64,000 bases of DNA. It comes from Vulcanimicrobiota bacterium. GTDB lineage: Bacteria > Vulcanimicrobiota > Vulcanimicrobiia > Eremiobacterales > Eremiobacteraceae. A program made the position numbers and the translations under genes. The notes beneath the pieces were generated by a model that saw only the letters and a program-made list of their open reading frames with translations, ran no database searches and was not told the origin of the DNA. The stretch is from NCBI GenBank assembly GCA_963805945.1, contig CAWDVP010000006.1, forward strand, positions 320,001 through 384,000, in the 5' to 3' direction. Position 1 is the stretch's first letter. Each line of letters begins with the position of its first letter. This document shows positions 10,189 through 21,306 of this stretch, piece after piece.

Positions 10189-11079
10189 ATGCCTCGCGAC
10201 TATGCAGTCCTGAGCCTCGCGGCCGGCGACACCGTACGCATCGTGGCGGCGCGCACGACCGGTCTCGTCCGCGAAGCGCAGGCGCGTCACGGCTGCTCGC
10301 CGACCGTGACCGCGGCTTTGGGTCGCTTGCTCACCGGTGCCGCGCTCATCGGCGTCGGCCTGAGCGAGCACCAGCGGCTCACGCTGCAGGTCAACGGCGA
10401 TGGTCCCGTGCGATTCATTGTGGCCGAGGCGTCGCCCGGCGGCAAAGTGCGCGGCTACCCGGGACGGGCGCGCGCGGAGATGCCGCTCAACGCCGCGGGC
10501 AAGTTCGACGTCGGCGGCATCGTAGGCCGCGGCTCGCTGCACGTGACGCGCATCTACGACACCGGCGTGCCGTACACCAGCGCTGTGCCGTTGCGCAGCG
10601 GCGAGATCGGTGAGGATATCGCGCATTTCTTCGCGCACTCCGAACAGGTGCCATCGGTCGTCGCGGTGGGCGTGCTCGCCAATCCCGAGGGCGTGGTCGC
10701 CGCGGGCGGCATCCTGGCGCAATTGCTGCCTGGGGCCGAGCCGTCGTCCATCGATGCGCTCGAGGCGGCCGCGCGCGCGCTGCCGCAGGTGAGCTCGCTC
10801 TTGCGATCCGGCCTGACGCCGGAGCAGATGATCGAGCGCCTCGCGGCCGGACTGGAACCGCGCTTCAGCCACCTCACGCCGCTCGTCTTCGCCTGCCCGT
10901 GCGATCGGTCTCGAGTCGCTCGCGCCCTCATCACGCTGGGGGCGGATGCGCTCACAGAGATGTCGCACGCCCAGGAGGACACCGAGGCGACCTGCGATTA
11001 CTGCGGTCAGCGGTACTACTTCTCACCCGCTGAGGTGGGAGAGATACTGGGGCAGGGGAGCCGCGAGAGCAGCGCCTAA
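10189..11079 (+). CDS. hslO: Hsp33 redox-regulated chaperone
   Basis: ALGRLLT, SEQVPS, CPC...CDYC zinc motif. Confidence 0.93.
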   Translation: MPRDYAVLSLAAGDTVRIVAARTTGLVREAQARHGCSPTVTAALGRLLTGAALIGVGLSEHQRLTLQVNGDGPVRFIVAEASPGGKVRGYPGRARAEMPLNAAGKFDVGGIVGRGSLHVTRIYDTGVPYTSAVPLRSGEIGEDIAHFFAHSEQVPSVVAVGVLANPEGVVAAGGILAQLLPGAEPSSIDALEAAARALPQVSSLLRSGLTPEQMIERLAAGLEPRFSHLTPLVFACPCDRSRVARALITLGADALTEMSHAQEDTEATCDYCGQRYYFSPAEVGEILGQGSRESSA

Positions 11080-12266
11080 CGGCGCTCGACGATCCGCACG
11101 AACTGCCGGTTGCCCTTCTGCAGCACCGCGCCGTGCCACGACACTTTGGTCAGCGCCGGATCGTCTGCCCGTGCTCCGTCGACCTTGATCGCGCCCTGCT
11201 CGATGAGCCGTTGACCCTCGCGGTTGGATCCGGCCAGCCCCGTCATGACCAGCAGCTTCAAGAGGCCGATGCCGGGGTCTGCGTCGAGCGGATATTCGCG
11301 CATCTCCTCCGGTAGCTCTTTGCGCACGACGGTCTTCTCGAAATGCGCGCGTGCCTGGTCTGCGGCGGCGGCGCCATGGTAGAGCCGCACGATCTCGCCG
11401 GCGAGCTGGACCTTCGAGTCACGCGGTGAGAGCGCGAGCTTCGCTTCGATCTCCTTGTCGTCCGCCGCGGTCGCGAGCTGCCAGTAGCGCGACAGCAGCG
11501 CATCCGGCAGCGACATGACCTTGCCGAACATCTGCTCCGGCGCCTCGCGCAACGCGATGTAGTTGTTCAGGCTCTTGCCCATCCGCTGCACGCCGTCCGT
11601 GCCTTCGAGGATCGGCAGCGTCATGCAGATCTGCGGCGGCTGGCCGAACTCCTCTTGCATGCGGCGGCCCATCATGAGGTTGAAGAGCTGCTCGGTGCCG
11701 CCGAGTTCGATGTCCGCTTTGACCGCCACGGAATCATATGCCTGACCGATCGGGTAGAGGAACTCGTGCAGGCCGATGGCCGCGCCGGTCTGATAGCGCT
11801 TGGTGAAATCGTCGCGTTCGAGCATGCGCGCGACCGTGACCTTGGCGCACAGTCCGATGAGGTCGGCGAAATCCAGTTTCGCGAGCCACGAGCTGTTGTA
11901 GACGATCTCGGTGCGCGGCAGGTCGAGGATGAGCGCCGCCTGCTCGGCATACGTCTGCATGTCGTGTTCGATATCCGCGCGGGTGCGCGGCTTGCGCGCA
12001 TCCGCCCTGCCGGTCGGGTCGCCGATCTGCCCGGTGAAGTCGCCGACGATGAGGATCGCGTGGTGGCCGAGGTCCTGGAACTGGCGCAGCTTGCGCAGCA
12101 CGACGGCGTGGCCGAGATGCAACAGCGGTCCCGATGGATCGATGCCCAGCTTCACGCGCAACGGCCGGCCCAGAGCTAAGCGCTTGAGAAGGTCCTCTTG
12201 GGTGACGACGTCGACGCATCGCTCGCTGACGAGCTCGAGCGTGCGGGCTGCGGTCGTATCTGCCAT
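11076..12266 (-). CDS. tyrS: Tyrosine--tRNA ligase
   Basis: KLGIDP, HLGH, QAYDSV, ELGGTEQ, RMGKS, C-terminal S4 domain. Confidence 0.95.
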   Translation of the reverse strand: MADTTAARTLELVSERCVDVVTQEDLLKRLALGRPLRVKLGIDPSGPLLHLGHAVVLRKLRQFQDLGHHAILIVGDFTGQIGDPTGRADARKPRTRADIEHDMQTYAEQAALILDLPRTEIVYNSSWLAKLDFADLIGLCAKVTVARMLERDDFTKRYQTGAAIGLHEFLYPIGQAYDSVAVKADIELGGTEQLFNLMMGRRMQEEFGQPPQICMTLPILEGTDGVQRMGKSLNNYIALREAPEQMFGKVMSLPDALLSRYWQLATAADDKEIEAKLALSPRDSKVQLAGEIVRLYHGAAAADQARAHFEKTVVRKELPEEMREYPLDADPGIGLLKLLVMTGLAGSNREGQRLIEQGAIKVDGARADDPALTKVSWHGAVLQKGNRQFVRIVERR

Positions 12267-12320
12267 TGCGACCTTGCTACGGGAGTCGACGCGCGTTACC
12301 CTCGGACCGCACGCGTCCGC

Positions 12321-14736
12321 TCACTTCAACGTCACGACGCTGACGCCGGAACCGCCCTCGCGGTCGCCCGCGTTCGCGATGGCGGCGACCTGCGCGTGGC
12401 CTTTGAGCATTTGGCGGATGCCTTTGCCCAGCTGGCCGGTGCCCTTTCCGTGGATGATACGCAGTTCGGCTGCGCCGGTGAGCAGCGCGCTATCGAGCGC
12501 TTTGTCGACGAGCGGCATCGCTTCGTCGACGCGCATGCCGCGCACGTCGATCTCGGTGGGAGCGTCCTGGGCGAGCGGGATTCCCGAGCGACCCGAGCTG
12601 CGCTCGGGCACTACCGCGCCTCCTGCGGGTGCGATATCGGCGGTCAGCTCGGCGCGCGGCACCACCACCTTCACGCTGCCCATCGTGATGAGCGCGTCGC
12701 GATCGTAGAGCTCGCTGATGATGCCGGGCGCATTGAAGCTGCGCACGAACACCCTGTCGCCGGCGCCGAAGTCCGGGCGCGCCGGATCGCCTGGTGCCGC
12801 CGCTTCCAGCCCGAGGCTCTTGCGCATGTCCGACAGCGTCTGCTGCAGGTCCGGCGCTGCTGCCGCGCCGGTCTGCCGGCGGCGAGATTCGCCGCTGCGC
12901 GCCGCCTTCTCCATCAATTCGGTGCGGACTTGACGCACTGCGTCGTCGAGCACGACGGCGGCGCGGCGTTCGAATTGCGTCCGTTCCCGTGCGAAGGCCG
13001 CCGCCTGCGCCTGGAGCTCGCGTTCGAGTCCAGTGGCGCGCGCGGCGAGCGCGTCAAGTTCGGCTTGCTTCTTCTGCATCGCCGCCCGGTCGGCGGCCAG
13101 GGCCTCGAACGCCCCCTCGAGCCGCCTGCCCTCTTCGCCCAGCAGGGCTTCCGCCCGCGCGATCATCGGCGCCGGGAGCCGCAGCGCCCGAGCGAGCGGA
13201 AACGCGAGGGACTGCCCCGGCACGCCGAGCGCGAGGACGTAGGTCGGCGCATTCGTCTCGGCGGCGAAGAGCATCGAGGCGTTGGCGACGCGCGGCGCGG
13301 CCGCGGCGAAGACCTTGAGCTGGGTGTAGTGCGTCGTGACGACGACGCGCGCGCCCACGATCAAGAGGGCTTCGACGAAAGCACGAGCGAGCGCGGCGCC
13401 GGCCACGGGCTCGGTGCCGCTGCCGATCTCGTCGACGAGCACGAGCGACGCGTCGGTGGCGCGCGTGAGCGCGCCGCGCAGCGCCTCGAGATGCGCGGAA
13501 AACGACGAGAGGTTCTGCGCGATCGACTGCTCGTCGCCGAGCGAGCACTCGATGCGATCGAACCAGCCGATCTCCGTGCCCGGCTTCGCGGGCAATGGCA
13601 CCCCCGCGTATGCGAGCAGGCAGAACAAACCCATCGTCTTGAGCGCGACGCTCTTGCCGCCCATGTTCGGCCCGGAGATCACCAGCGCATCGAAGTCGTA
13701 GCCGATCTCCACGTCGAGCGGCTGCGCGGTGCGCGTGAGCAGCGGATGGCGGCCGCCGACGATGCGCAGTGCGTGCGCGCTCGTCATGGTCGGGCCGGTG
13801 CGCCTCAAGCGCGATGCCCCAGCGCGCACGCGCACCGAGCCCATCCAATCGCGCGACGAGCGCGGCGTTCGTGCGCAGCTCGTCCGCGCGTCCGCCTACC
13901 TGTGAGGTCAGCTGCGCGAGGATGCGCCCGATCTCACGCTCTTCCGCCGATTCGAGCGCGCGCAGCTTGTTGTTCGCTTCGAGGCATGCCATAGGCTCGA
14001 TATAGGCGGTCGAGCCCGACGAGGATTCGTCGTGCACGACGCCGGGGAACTCGCCCGCGAACTCCTTGCGCACCGGCACGACGTAACGGCCGGCGCGCAC
14101 GGTGACGACCGGCTCCGACAGCATCTTGGCGGTGCCGGGATTGCGGACGATCTGCGCGCAGCGGTCGCGGATCTCGTCGTGCAGTTTGCGCTGCTGCCGA
14201 CGGATGCGATCGAGCTCCGCCGAAGCGTTGTCGGCGACGCGTCCGTCCGGTTCGATGGCCGCTTCGATGCGCCGCGCGAGGTCGGAAGTGTCGAGCCGCT
14301 GCGAGAGCAGCGCCTTGAACGCGCCGCGCGGCTGCGCGCTGGCGTCTGGCGTGACGGCCTTGGAAGATCGACCCGTCGGTCGAATGAATTCGACCGCTCC
14401 AGCTCGTGTGGGCGTGGCGGCGCGGGCGACGTCGCGCAACGCGCTCTCGGCGGTCGCGATCGCCCGCAGATCCGCGCCCGGCAGCGCTGCTCCCTTTTCG
14501 GCGCGGACGAGCAGCTCGCCGACATCCACGACGCCCCCGAAGGCGATATCGCCGCCGGCGTGGAGGAACGCGCCGGCGTCTTCGGCGAGCGCCTGCTCGG
14601 CATCGGCGGCCGCTAGGCCTTCGAGCGGGGCGAGCGCGAGCGCGGCGTTCTTGCCGGGCTCGCATGTGGTCTGTGCGGCGATCCGCTCGACGACCTCGGT
14701 GAACTCGAGCGCCTCGAGCGCGTGCGCGTCAGCCAA
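12321..14736 (-). CDS. mutS2: MutS2 endonuclease with Smr domain (apparent +1 frameshift near 13800, probably a sequencing error)
   Basis: N-part LEF..., VHDESSSGSTAYIEP; C-part SGPNMGGKS, DEIGSGTEP, TTHY, Smr IIHGKGTG. Confidence 0.9.
14377..14400 (-). repeat. REP-like palindrome family A, in-frame inside mutS2
   Basis: GGAGCGGTCGAATTCATTCGACCG, same as the intergenic copy at 37352. Confidence 0.8.
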
Positions 14737-16180
14737 GACGCTCCTTGAGCAGCCCGCGCACCATCTCGACGTTCGCCTTGCCCCGGCTCAGCTTCATGAC
14801 CTGGCCGACGAGGAACTCGAGCGCTTTCTCTTTGCCGGCCTTATATGAGGCGACCGAGTCGGCGTTCCCCGCAAGCGCCTGATCCACGAAGCCCGCGACC
14901 GCAGACGTGTCGGATGTCTGGGCGAGGCCGCGCTGTTCGACGATCGTCTTCGGATCGGCGCCGTCGATCACGAGCGGCTCGCACACCTCTTTCGCCGCCT
15001 TGCCGGAGATCGTGCCGGCGGCGACGAGGGCGATGAGGGCGGCGAGCTGCTGCGGCTGCATCTTCGAATCCGCCAGCGCCAGCTCGTGTTTTTGCAGCAC
15101 GCGGCGCACGTCGCCCATCATCCAGTTCGCCGCCTGCTTGGGGTTGCCCGACGCGACGGCGACCGCCTCGAAGAACTCAGCGGTGCCGCGCTCTTCGGTC
15201 AGCACGCCGGCGTCGTATGCCGTCAGCGCGAACTCGCGCACGTAGCGCTCGCGTCTGGCAGCCGGCAGTTCGGGCAGTTCGGCCGCCCAGCGCGCGAGCG
15301 TCGCCGGCTCCATGGTCAGCGGCACGAGATCGGGTTCCGGGAAGTAGCGGTAGTCGTGCGCCTGTTCCTTCGAGCGCATCGAATGCGTCGAGCCGGTCGT
15401 CTCATCCCAGCCGCGCGTCTCTTGGATGATGCGCTCGCCCGCGCGCAAGCACGCCTGCATGCGTTCGATCTCGTGGTTGATGGCGCGCCCGACCGAACGG
15501 AACGAATTGAGGTTCTTCACCTCGACCTTGGTGCCGAGCGCATCGCTGCCGGCGGGGCGGATCGACACGTTGGCGTCGCAGCGCAGCGAGCCTTCGTGCA
15601 TCTTCACGTCCGAGACGCCGATGTACGAGAGCACGGCCTTGAGCTCGGTGAGATACGCCTCCGCCTCGGGCGCCGACGAGATGTCCGGCTCGCTCACGAT
15701 CTCCATGAGCGGCACGCCGGCGCGGTTGTAGTCCACCAGCGTGTGCGTCGAGCGCGCGATGCTCTCGCCGCCGTGGATGTTCTTGCCGGTGTCCTCCTCG
15801 AGATGGATGCGGTTGAGACGCACGCGCTTGCCCGACGGCAGGCTCACGCCGCCGCCCGTCGTCAGCGGCATGTCGTACTGCGTGATCTGATAGTTCTTGG
15901 GCATGTCTGGATAGAAGTAGTTCTTGCGGTCGAACTTCGAGTGCGGCGCGACCGCGCAGCCCAACGCCGTGCCGGCCTTGCACAAGAACTCCACCGCGCG
16001 CGCGTTGATCACCGGCAGGCTGCCGGGGAAGCCCAAGCACACCGGACACACGTGCGTGTTCGGGGACGCGCCGAACTCGTTACGGCAGCCGCAGAACATC
16101 TTGCTCGCGGTCGACAGCTCGACGTGCACCTCGAGGCCGATGACGGCTTCCATAGGGGTCTCGACCGCGGTGCCGCTCAT
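14729..16180 (-). CDS. gatB: Asp/Glu-tRNA amidotransferase subunit B
   Basis: IGLEVHVEL, RKNYFYPD, HLEED, RCDAN, YRYFPEPDL. Confidence 0.97.
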   Translation of the reverse strand: MSGTAVETPMEAVIGLEVHVELSTASKMFCGCRNEFGASPNTHVCPVCLGFPGSLPVINARAVEFLCKAGTALGCAVAPHSKFDRKNYFYPDMPKNYQITQYDMPLTTGGGVSLPSGKRVRLNRIHLEEDTGKNIHGGESIARSTHTLVDYNRAGVPLMEIVSEPDISSAPEAEAYLTELKAVLSYIGVSDVKMHEGSLRCDANVSIRPAGSDALGTKVEVKNLNSFRSVGRAINHEIERMQACLRAGERIIQETRGWDETTGSTHSMRSKEQAHDYRYFPEPDLVPLTMEPATLARWAAELPELPAARRERYVREFALTAYDAGVLTEERGTAEFFEAVAVASGNPKQAANWMMGDVRRVLQKHELALADSKMQPQQLAALIALVAAGTISGKAAKEVCEPLVIDGADPKTIVEQRGLAQTSDTSAVAGFVDQALAGNADSVASYKAGKEKALEFLVGQVMKLSRGKANVEMVRGLLKERLG

Positions 16181-17650
16181 CGCGCGCGGCTCCCTTCGGC
16201 GCGCACCGTCGGCTCGCGCTGCCAGGCGAATTTGGTCGCCTGCTCGTAGGCGTGCGCGACGCCCAGCATGCGGCCCTCTTCGAACGCCGGCGCGACGATC
16301 TGCAGGCCGACCGGCAGATCACCCACATACCCGGCCGGCACCGAGAGCGCCGGCAGACCGGCGAGGCTCATCGGGATGGTGAAGTAGTCCATGAGATACA
16401 TCGCGACCGGGTCCTGCGATCTTCGCGCCGAGCTCGAACGCCGGGCACGAGACCGCAGGCGCCGCGATCACGTCGCAGGCGGCGAACGCCTCGTCGAAGT
16501 CCTGCTTCATCAGAGTGCGCACTTTTTGTGCGCGCACGTAGTAGGCGTCGTAGTAGCCCGAACTCAGCGCGTAGGTGCCGAGGATGATCCGCCGTTTCAC
16601 CTCCGGGCCGAAGCCGGCGGCGCGCGTCGCCTCGAACATCGCGAACACGTCGTGCCCGTCCACCCGCACGCCGTAGCGCGCGCCGTCGTAGCGGGCGAGA
16701 TTCGAAGAGCATTCCGCCGGTGCGATGAGATAGTACGTCGCAAGACCGTATTTGGCGTGCGGCAGCTTCACGCGCACGAGCTGCGCGCCGAGCTGCTCGA
16801 GCTGCTTGTACGCCGCGCCGTAGAGCGCCGCGAGCGCGGCATCGCCTTTGATGCTCTCCTCGAACTCATCCACGATGCCGACGCGCACGCCGCGCAGATC
16901 GCTGCGCAGCATGTCCGCGTAGTGCGGCACCGGGACGTCGACGCTCGTCGAATCCATAGGGTCATGACCGGCGATGGCCTCGAGCGTGTCGGCGCTATCG
17001 CGCACGTCTGCGGTCATCGGCCCGGCCTGATCGAGCGATGAGGCGAACGCCACGATGCCGTAGCGCGACACGCGGCCATACGTCGGTTTGACGCCGACGA
17101 TGTTGCAGAACGACGCCGGCTCTCGGATCGAGCCTCCGGTGTCGGTTCCCAGCGCGATCGCCACGCTGCGCGCGCCGACGGTGGCGGCGCTGCCGCCTGA
17201 CGAGCCGCCGGGCACACGGTTCTCGCCCCACGGATTGCGCGTCGGGTGGAAGCCCGAGTTCTCACACGACGAACCCATCGCGAACTCGTCCATGTTCGTC
17301 TTGCCGACGATGACCGCGCCTGCCGCTTCCAATCTACGCACCACCGTCGCCGAGTACGGCGGCACGAAGTTCTCGAGGATCTTCGACCCCGCCGTCGTCC
17401 GCACGCCCTCGGTGCAGAACAGATCCTTGACCGCGACCGGCACGCCCGCCAACAAGCCCGGATCCTCGCCTTTCGCGATACGCGCGTCGATCGCGGCCGC
17501 GCGCGCGAGCGCGCGTTCGGGCGTCAGCTTCAGGTAGGCGCGCAGGCGCGGTTCGAGCGCGTCGATCGAAGCGAACGCCGCCGTGGCGGCTTCGACGGCG
17601 CTGCGCTCGCGCTTGATGACGGCGTCGCGGATCTCGTGACCGGTCTGCAT
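16177..17650 (-). CDS. gatA: Asp/Glu-tRNA amidotransferase subunit A (apparent +1 frameshift near 16413)
   Basis: [40 protein letters not shown]-terminus MYLMD...SLAGLPALS in adjacent frame. Confidence 0.93.
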
Positions 17651-17652
17651 CG

Positions 17653-17940
17653 CTACTCGAGGATCCGCGGCATCTTGAAGAACGGCCCTTCTTTAGCAGG
17701 CGCATTGGCGAGCGCCGCTTCGTGCGAAAGCGAAGGGCTGACGACATCCTCGCGCGTCACGTTGCGCAGCGGGATGACCTGGGCGGTCGGGTCCACGTGC
17801 TCGACGTCGAGGCCCTGCAGCTCGCGGATGAAATCGAAGAGCCGCCCGAACTGCGACGAGAAGCGCGTCGCCTCTTCTTCTGTCAGCGGCAGCCGCGCGA
17901 GCTTCGCCACGTGTGCGATATCGATGGGGACTTCAGCCAT
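17653..17940 (-). CDS. gatC: Asp/Glu-tRNA amidotransferase subunit C
   Basis: [19 protein letters not shown]...FFKMPRI. Confidence 0.92.
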   Translation of the reverse strand: MAEVPIDIAHVAKLARLPLTEEEATRFSSQFGRLFDFIRELQGLDVEHVDPTAQVIPLRNVTREDVVSPSLSHEAALANAPAKEGPFFKMPRILE

Positions 17941-17951
17941 TATGTTGTTCC

Positions 17952-19313
17952 TCAGCCTAGTGTGAAAGTCGTCAATACCTCGACGTGTCCGGTCTGCGGG
18001 AACATGTCGTACGGCGTCACCCGCTCGAGGCGGTAGCCTCGCTCCACGAGTATCTTGGCGTCGCGCGCCAATGTCGCGGGATTGCACGAGACGTACAGCA
18101 CGCGCGGCACTCGATGCCGTGCCAGCGCGTCGAGCACCTCCGGCTCGCAGCCCTTGCGGGGCGGGTCGAGGATCACCGCGTCGGCGCCGCGCAGCAGCGT
18201 GCCGCCACGCTCTCCGCCGACCGCCTCGCGCGCCGTCGCGTTCTCGAAGGCCGCGTTGACCACCTGATTTGCAGCCGCGTTGGCTGCGCCTTCTTCGGCT
18301 GCCGGCTTGAACCATTCGACGCCGGTCGTCGCGATGCCGCGCGTGCCGAGCACGACGCCGAAGGTCCCGACGCCGCAGTACAGATCGACGACGCGCGCTG
18401 CGCCGGCGAGCTCTTCGACGACGCGGCCGGCGAGCAGCTCGAGCACCGCGGTGTTGATCTGGAAGAACGACGCGACGCCGAAGCTCAACGTGGCGCCGGC
18501 GATCGTCTCTTCAAGCACCGGCGATCCCCATAGCGTCGCGAAGCGCTTGCCGAACAGCGCGTTCTCTCCCTCGATATCCCAATTGCTCACCAGTCCGGTC
18601 ATGTCCGGTATGCGGCTGCGGACCTCGTCGGTGAGCGCGCCCAGCGCTTTGTTCGCCTTGCGCCCGTTGAACGAGATGACGAGCTGTTCGCGGGTCGCGC
18701 TCGCCCGTGCGACGACATGGAGCGCCTGCGAGAACGGCTGCGGCGCTTCTTTCGCGAGAGCGATCAGCGCCTTGACGGCACGATCCAGTTTCGGCAGCAG
18801 CACCGGACAGCGCTCGATGGGCACGACCCGATGCGTGCGGGCGGCATAGAATCCGAGCCGCATCGCGCCGTCGACGTAGTGCATGACCAGGCTGACCTTG
18901 TTGCGATAGCCGGCGTCGACGTCGGGCGTCGGCACGACCTCGTCGACGACGACGCCGTGCAGCCCGCCGAGCCGCGCGAACGCGTCGCCGATCATCCTGC
19001 GTTTCCACGCCAGCTGCGCGGCATACGCGAGGTGGAGGACCTGGCAGCCGCCGCACGTCGGGAACACGGGGCACACCGATGCGATCCGGTCCACGGACGG
19101 CGTTTCGATCTCGGTGACATGAGCGCTGACGTAATTGCGCTTCACCGCATCGACCGCGACGCGCACCGTCTCGCCGGGCAGCCCTCCGGTGACGAAGACG
19201 ACCATACCGCCGGAGCGGCCGACGCCTTGGCCGTTCTCTAGGAGATCGTCGAGGGTGAGCGGTTCGCGGGCGAGTTGATCGGCAGCCGCGCTAGCCGCGG
19301 CGGGTCTCGTCAA
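17952..19313 (-). CDS. rlmD: 23S rRNA (uracil-5)-methyltransferase with TRAM domain
   Basis: CPVFPTCGGC, SFFQIN, DLYCGVG, LDPPRKG, YVSCNPATLARD, DMFPQTGHVE; start uncertain (19313 TTG or 19340). Confidence 0.9.
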   Translation of the reverse strand: MTRPAAASAAADQLAREPLTLDDLLENGQGVGRSGGMVVFVTGGLPGETVRVAVDAVKRNYVSAHVTEIETPSVDRIASVCPVFPTCGGCQVLHLAYAAQLAWKRRMIGDAFARLGGLHGVVVDEVVPTPDVDAGYRNKVSLVMHYVDGAMRLGFYAARTHRVVPIERCPVLLPKLDRAVKALIALAKEAPQPFSQALHVVARASATREQLVISFNGRKANKALGALTDEVRSRIPDMTGLVSNWDIEGENALFGKRFATLWGSPVLEETIAGATLSFGVASFFQINTAVLELLAGRVVEELAGAARVVDLYCGVGTFGVVLGTRGIATTGVEWFKPAAEEGAANAAANQVVNAAFENATAREAVGGERGGTLLRGADAVILDPPRKGCEPEVLDALARHRVPRVLYVSCNPATLARDAKILVERGYRLERVTPYDMFPQTGHVEVLTTFTLG

Positions 19314-19491
19314 GGGTCTTGCGGAGCTGATCGGCCTCATCGATGAGCGCTTGGATGCGGTCCATCGTGGGGTTGGATTGCTCCGGTGCCATGAGGGTGC
19401 GGAAAAGGAAGTATGTGCCCAGCGCCGAGGCGACGAGGACGACCGTCCACACGAGGGGGTAGAGCCCTTTTCGGCTCATCGCGCGCGCCAT
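19291..19491 (-). CDS. Small membrane-anchored coiled-coil hypothetical protein
   Basis: One TM helix then helical MDRIQALIDEADQLRK; fills the gap co-directionally. Confidence 0.6.
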   Translation of the reverse strand: MARAMSRKGLYPLVWTVVLVASALGTYFLFRTLMAPEQSNPTMDRIQALIDEADQLRKTLDETRRG

Positions 19492-19512
19492 TCCAGCATG
19501 TTGTGTATGTGG

Positions 19513-19746
19513 TTAGACATCGCCCGACGCGACTTCCTCCCCGGCGCTGCGCGCGTAGGAGGCGAAGAGCGTCAACGCGCCTGGCGCGACCGCGAACACG
19601 AAGCGTGTCCTGTCGACATCAGCGACATACAGCGCGACGCCGGCTTGAAGCGGCCGGCACGCGACGATCTCGAGCGGCAGGCGGGCGCGCGATACAAAGC
19701 GCTGCCGCAACGCGTCCGCGAGCCGTTTGAATATATCAGTCAGCAT
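19513..19746 (-). CDS. FliO-like small protein (divergent)
   Basis: LEIVACRPLQAGVALYVADVDRTRFVFAVAPGALTLF resembles the FliO cytoplasmic beta-rich pattern. Confidence 0.5.
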   Translation of the reverse strand: MLTDIFKRLADALRQRFVSRARLPLEIVACRPLQAGVALYVADVDRTRFVFAVAPGALTLFASYARSAGEEVASGDV

Positions 19747-20962
19747 CCGGCGACGACGGGGCGACGGAGCCGGCCATCCACACGGGGACGAGCCACTGCA
19801 GCGTCGCCTCTCGTTGGCCTATGTGGATCGGCGCTGCGATCTCGTAATGCGGACTGCGTGCGGGCAGCGCGCCTTCGGCCAAGCGCACGAAGCGCGCGCC
19901 GGCACCTGCGATGGCAGGCAGCTTCTCCGCAAAACCGCGCATCGCGCCGCGCAGCACCGCCTCGACCGCGTCCATGGTCACCACGCCCGGTTCAGCGTCG
20001 AGCGGCACGTCCGCACCGACCGCAGCCGCCGCGACGCAGGCGACCGCCGCCCGGTTGGCGCTCAGCACGAGCGAGCCTTGGCCGCCGGCGATGAGCGCGA
20101 GCTTGAGGTCGCCCCGCGTCAGCGTCGGGGACTCGACGCGAGTGACGTGCAGCGCCTCGACGGCGGTCGGGCACTTGGTGAACTCGGCGAGCTGCCGGCA
20201 TGCGGCATCGACGGCGGTTGCGAACGCGTCATCCGGGCCTTGCTGACGTTTGCCGAGCACGCGCTCTCGGGGAGCGCCGGTCGCAGGACGCACCTCGGCC
20301 GATTGCGCTTTCCTCTTCTCCGGCTTTTCTGCGCGGCTGCCCGCGGCGACGCGTGGCTGCTGCAGCGGAGCCGCCGCGGGGATGCTCGACGCGCGCGCGG
20401 CTTTGCCGACGCGCCACACGCCGTCGAACTCCCCGATCCCCATGCTGCCGCCCGCGAGCCCCGCGGCTCCCGCGTGCGATGCCGCGCTCAAGCGGGCGCC
20501 GCTCGGCGGATCGAGCCCTGCCGATGCGGCGATCGCTGTGAGCAGCACGCGCGCGAGGGGCTCGAGCAGCCGGCCGACGCGGGCCGGCTTGCCGTGTTTG
20601 ACATTGCGGCCGCTGCCGCCGATGATGATGTCTGCGAGCGACGCCGCGAGCCGCTCGTCGATATCCAAGAGCAACGGCGTGGACCCCACCGCGACGAAGC
20701 GCAGCGATTCGCGCGCGCCGTCATCCGCGGCGAGCGGTTGCAGCGAGATGCGGGCCTGCGGTCCGAGATACGATCGGACTGACGATTCCAACGCCTGCCG
20801 CAACGAACCGTCGCCGAGCGCCTGCTCAAGCGCGCTTGCGGAGGATGCGGCATGCGCCGTCTCTGGATCTGAAGCGATGCTTTGCTCCGGTGCGGGAGCG
20901 CGGTCGGGAGAACGCAGCGCGTCGAGCAGGCGTGCCACGTCCGCGTCGCTCAGCTTCGACAT
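19736..20962 (-). CDS. Divergent FliM/FliY(CheC-fold)-like protein
   Basis: N-terminal LSDADVARLL like FliM LSQxEIDALL; LLLDIDERLAASLADIIIGGSG like the FliM middle domain; second CheC-like module. Confidence 0.5.
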   Translation of the reverse strand: MSKLSDADVARLLDALRSPDRAPAPEQSIASDPETAHAASSASALEQALGDGSLRQALESSVRSYLGPQARISLQPLAADDGARESLRFVAVGSTPLLLDIDERLAASLADIIIGGSGRNVKHGKPARVGRLLEPLARVLLTAIAASAGLDPPSGARLSAASHAGAAGLAGGSMGIGEFDGVWRVGKAARASSIPAAAPLQQPRVAAGSRAEKPEKRKAQSAEVRPATGAPRERVLGKRQQGPDDAFATAVDAACRQLAEFTKCPTAVEALHVTRVESPTLTRGDLKLALIAGGQGSLVLSANRAAVACVAAAAVGADVPLDAEPGVVTMDAVEAVLRGAMRGFAEKLPAIAGAGARFVRLAEGALPARSPHYEIAAPIHIGQREATLQWLVPVWMAGSVAPSSPDAD

Positions 20963-21306
20963 ACACCGGCCCGTGTGCGCGCGCGGCGGCGCTCCAGCCC
21001 GCGCCGCAACGTTGCCCAGCGCCGCCGTTCTTCGCGCGCGGACAACGCGCGCGCATCAGCGGCGGCTGCGGCGCGCGCGAGCGCCGATGCATCGGTGCTG
21101 CAGCGCTCGCGATACATGGTGAGCGTCGCACAGGCGAATGACGACCACGCGGCATGGGCATGACGCGCATCGACTGCCCGCCTGCACGCGGCAAGCGTCG
21201 CATGCGCCGCGGCGTCGGCACGCCTTGCGCACGCGGCGTGCCATCTCGCCTGAGTCCTGGCATTTGACTCGAGACGTCCGACGAGACGAGCGAGGGCCGC
21301 GCTCAT
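20950..21306 (-). CDS. FliJ-like helical protein (divergent)
   Basis: About 118 aa, all-helical, ARALSAREERRRWATLRR; ATGA overlap with the purA stop. Confidence 0.4.
   Translation of the reverse strand: MSAALARLVGRLESNARTQARWHAACARRADAAAHATLAACRRAVDARHAHAAWSSFACATLTMYRERCSTDASALARAAAAADARALSAREERRRWATLRRGLERRRARTRAGVCRS

Noticed and set aside
11570..11590. TyrS RMGKS instead of KMSKS as a sign of altered function
   Set aside because: This loop varies among TyrS enzymes and the catalytic second Lys is retained.
12198..13994. Long plus-strand ORFs antisense to real genes (also 15086..16249, 57358..58830, 61003..62475)
   Set aside because: Shadow ORFs expected in high-GC DNA; Arg/Ala-rich with no family motifs.
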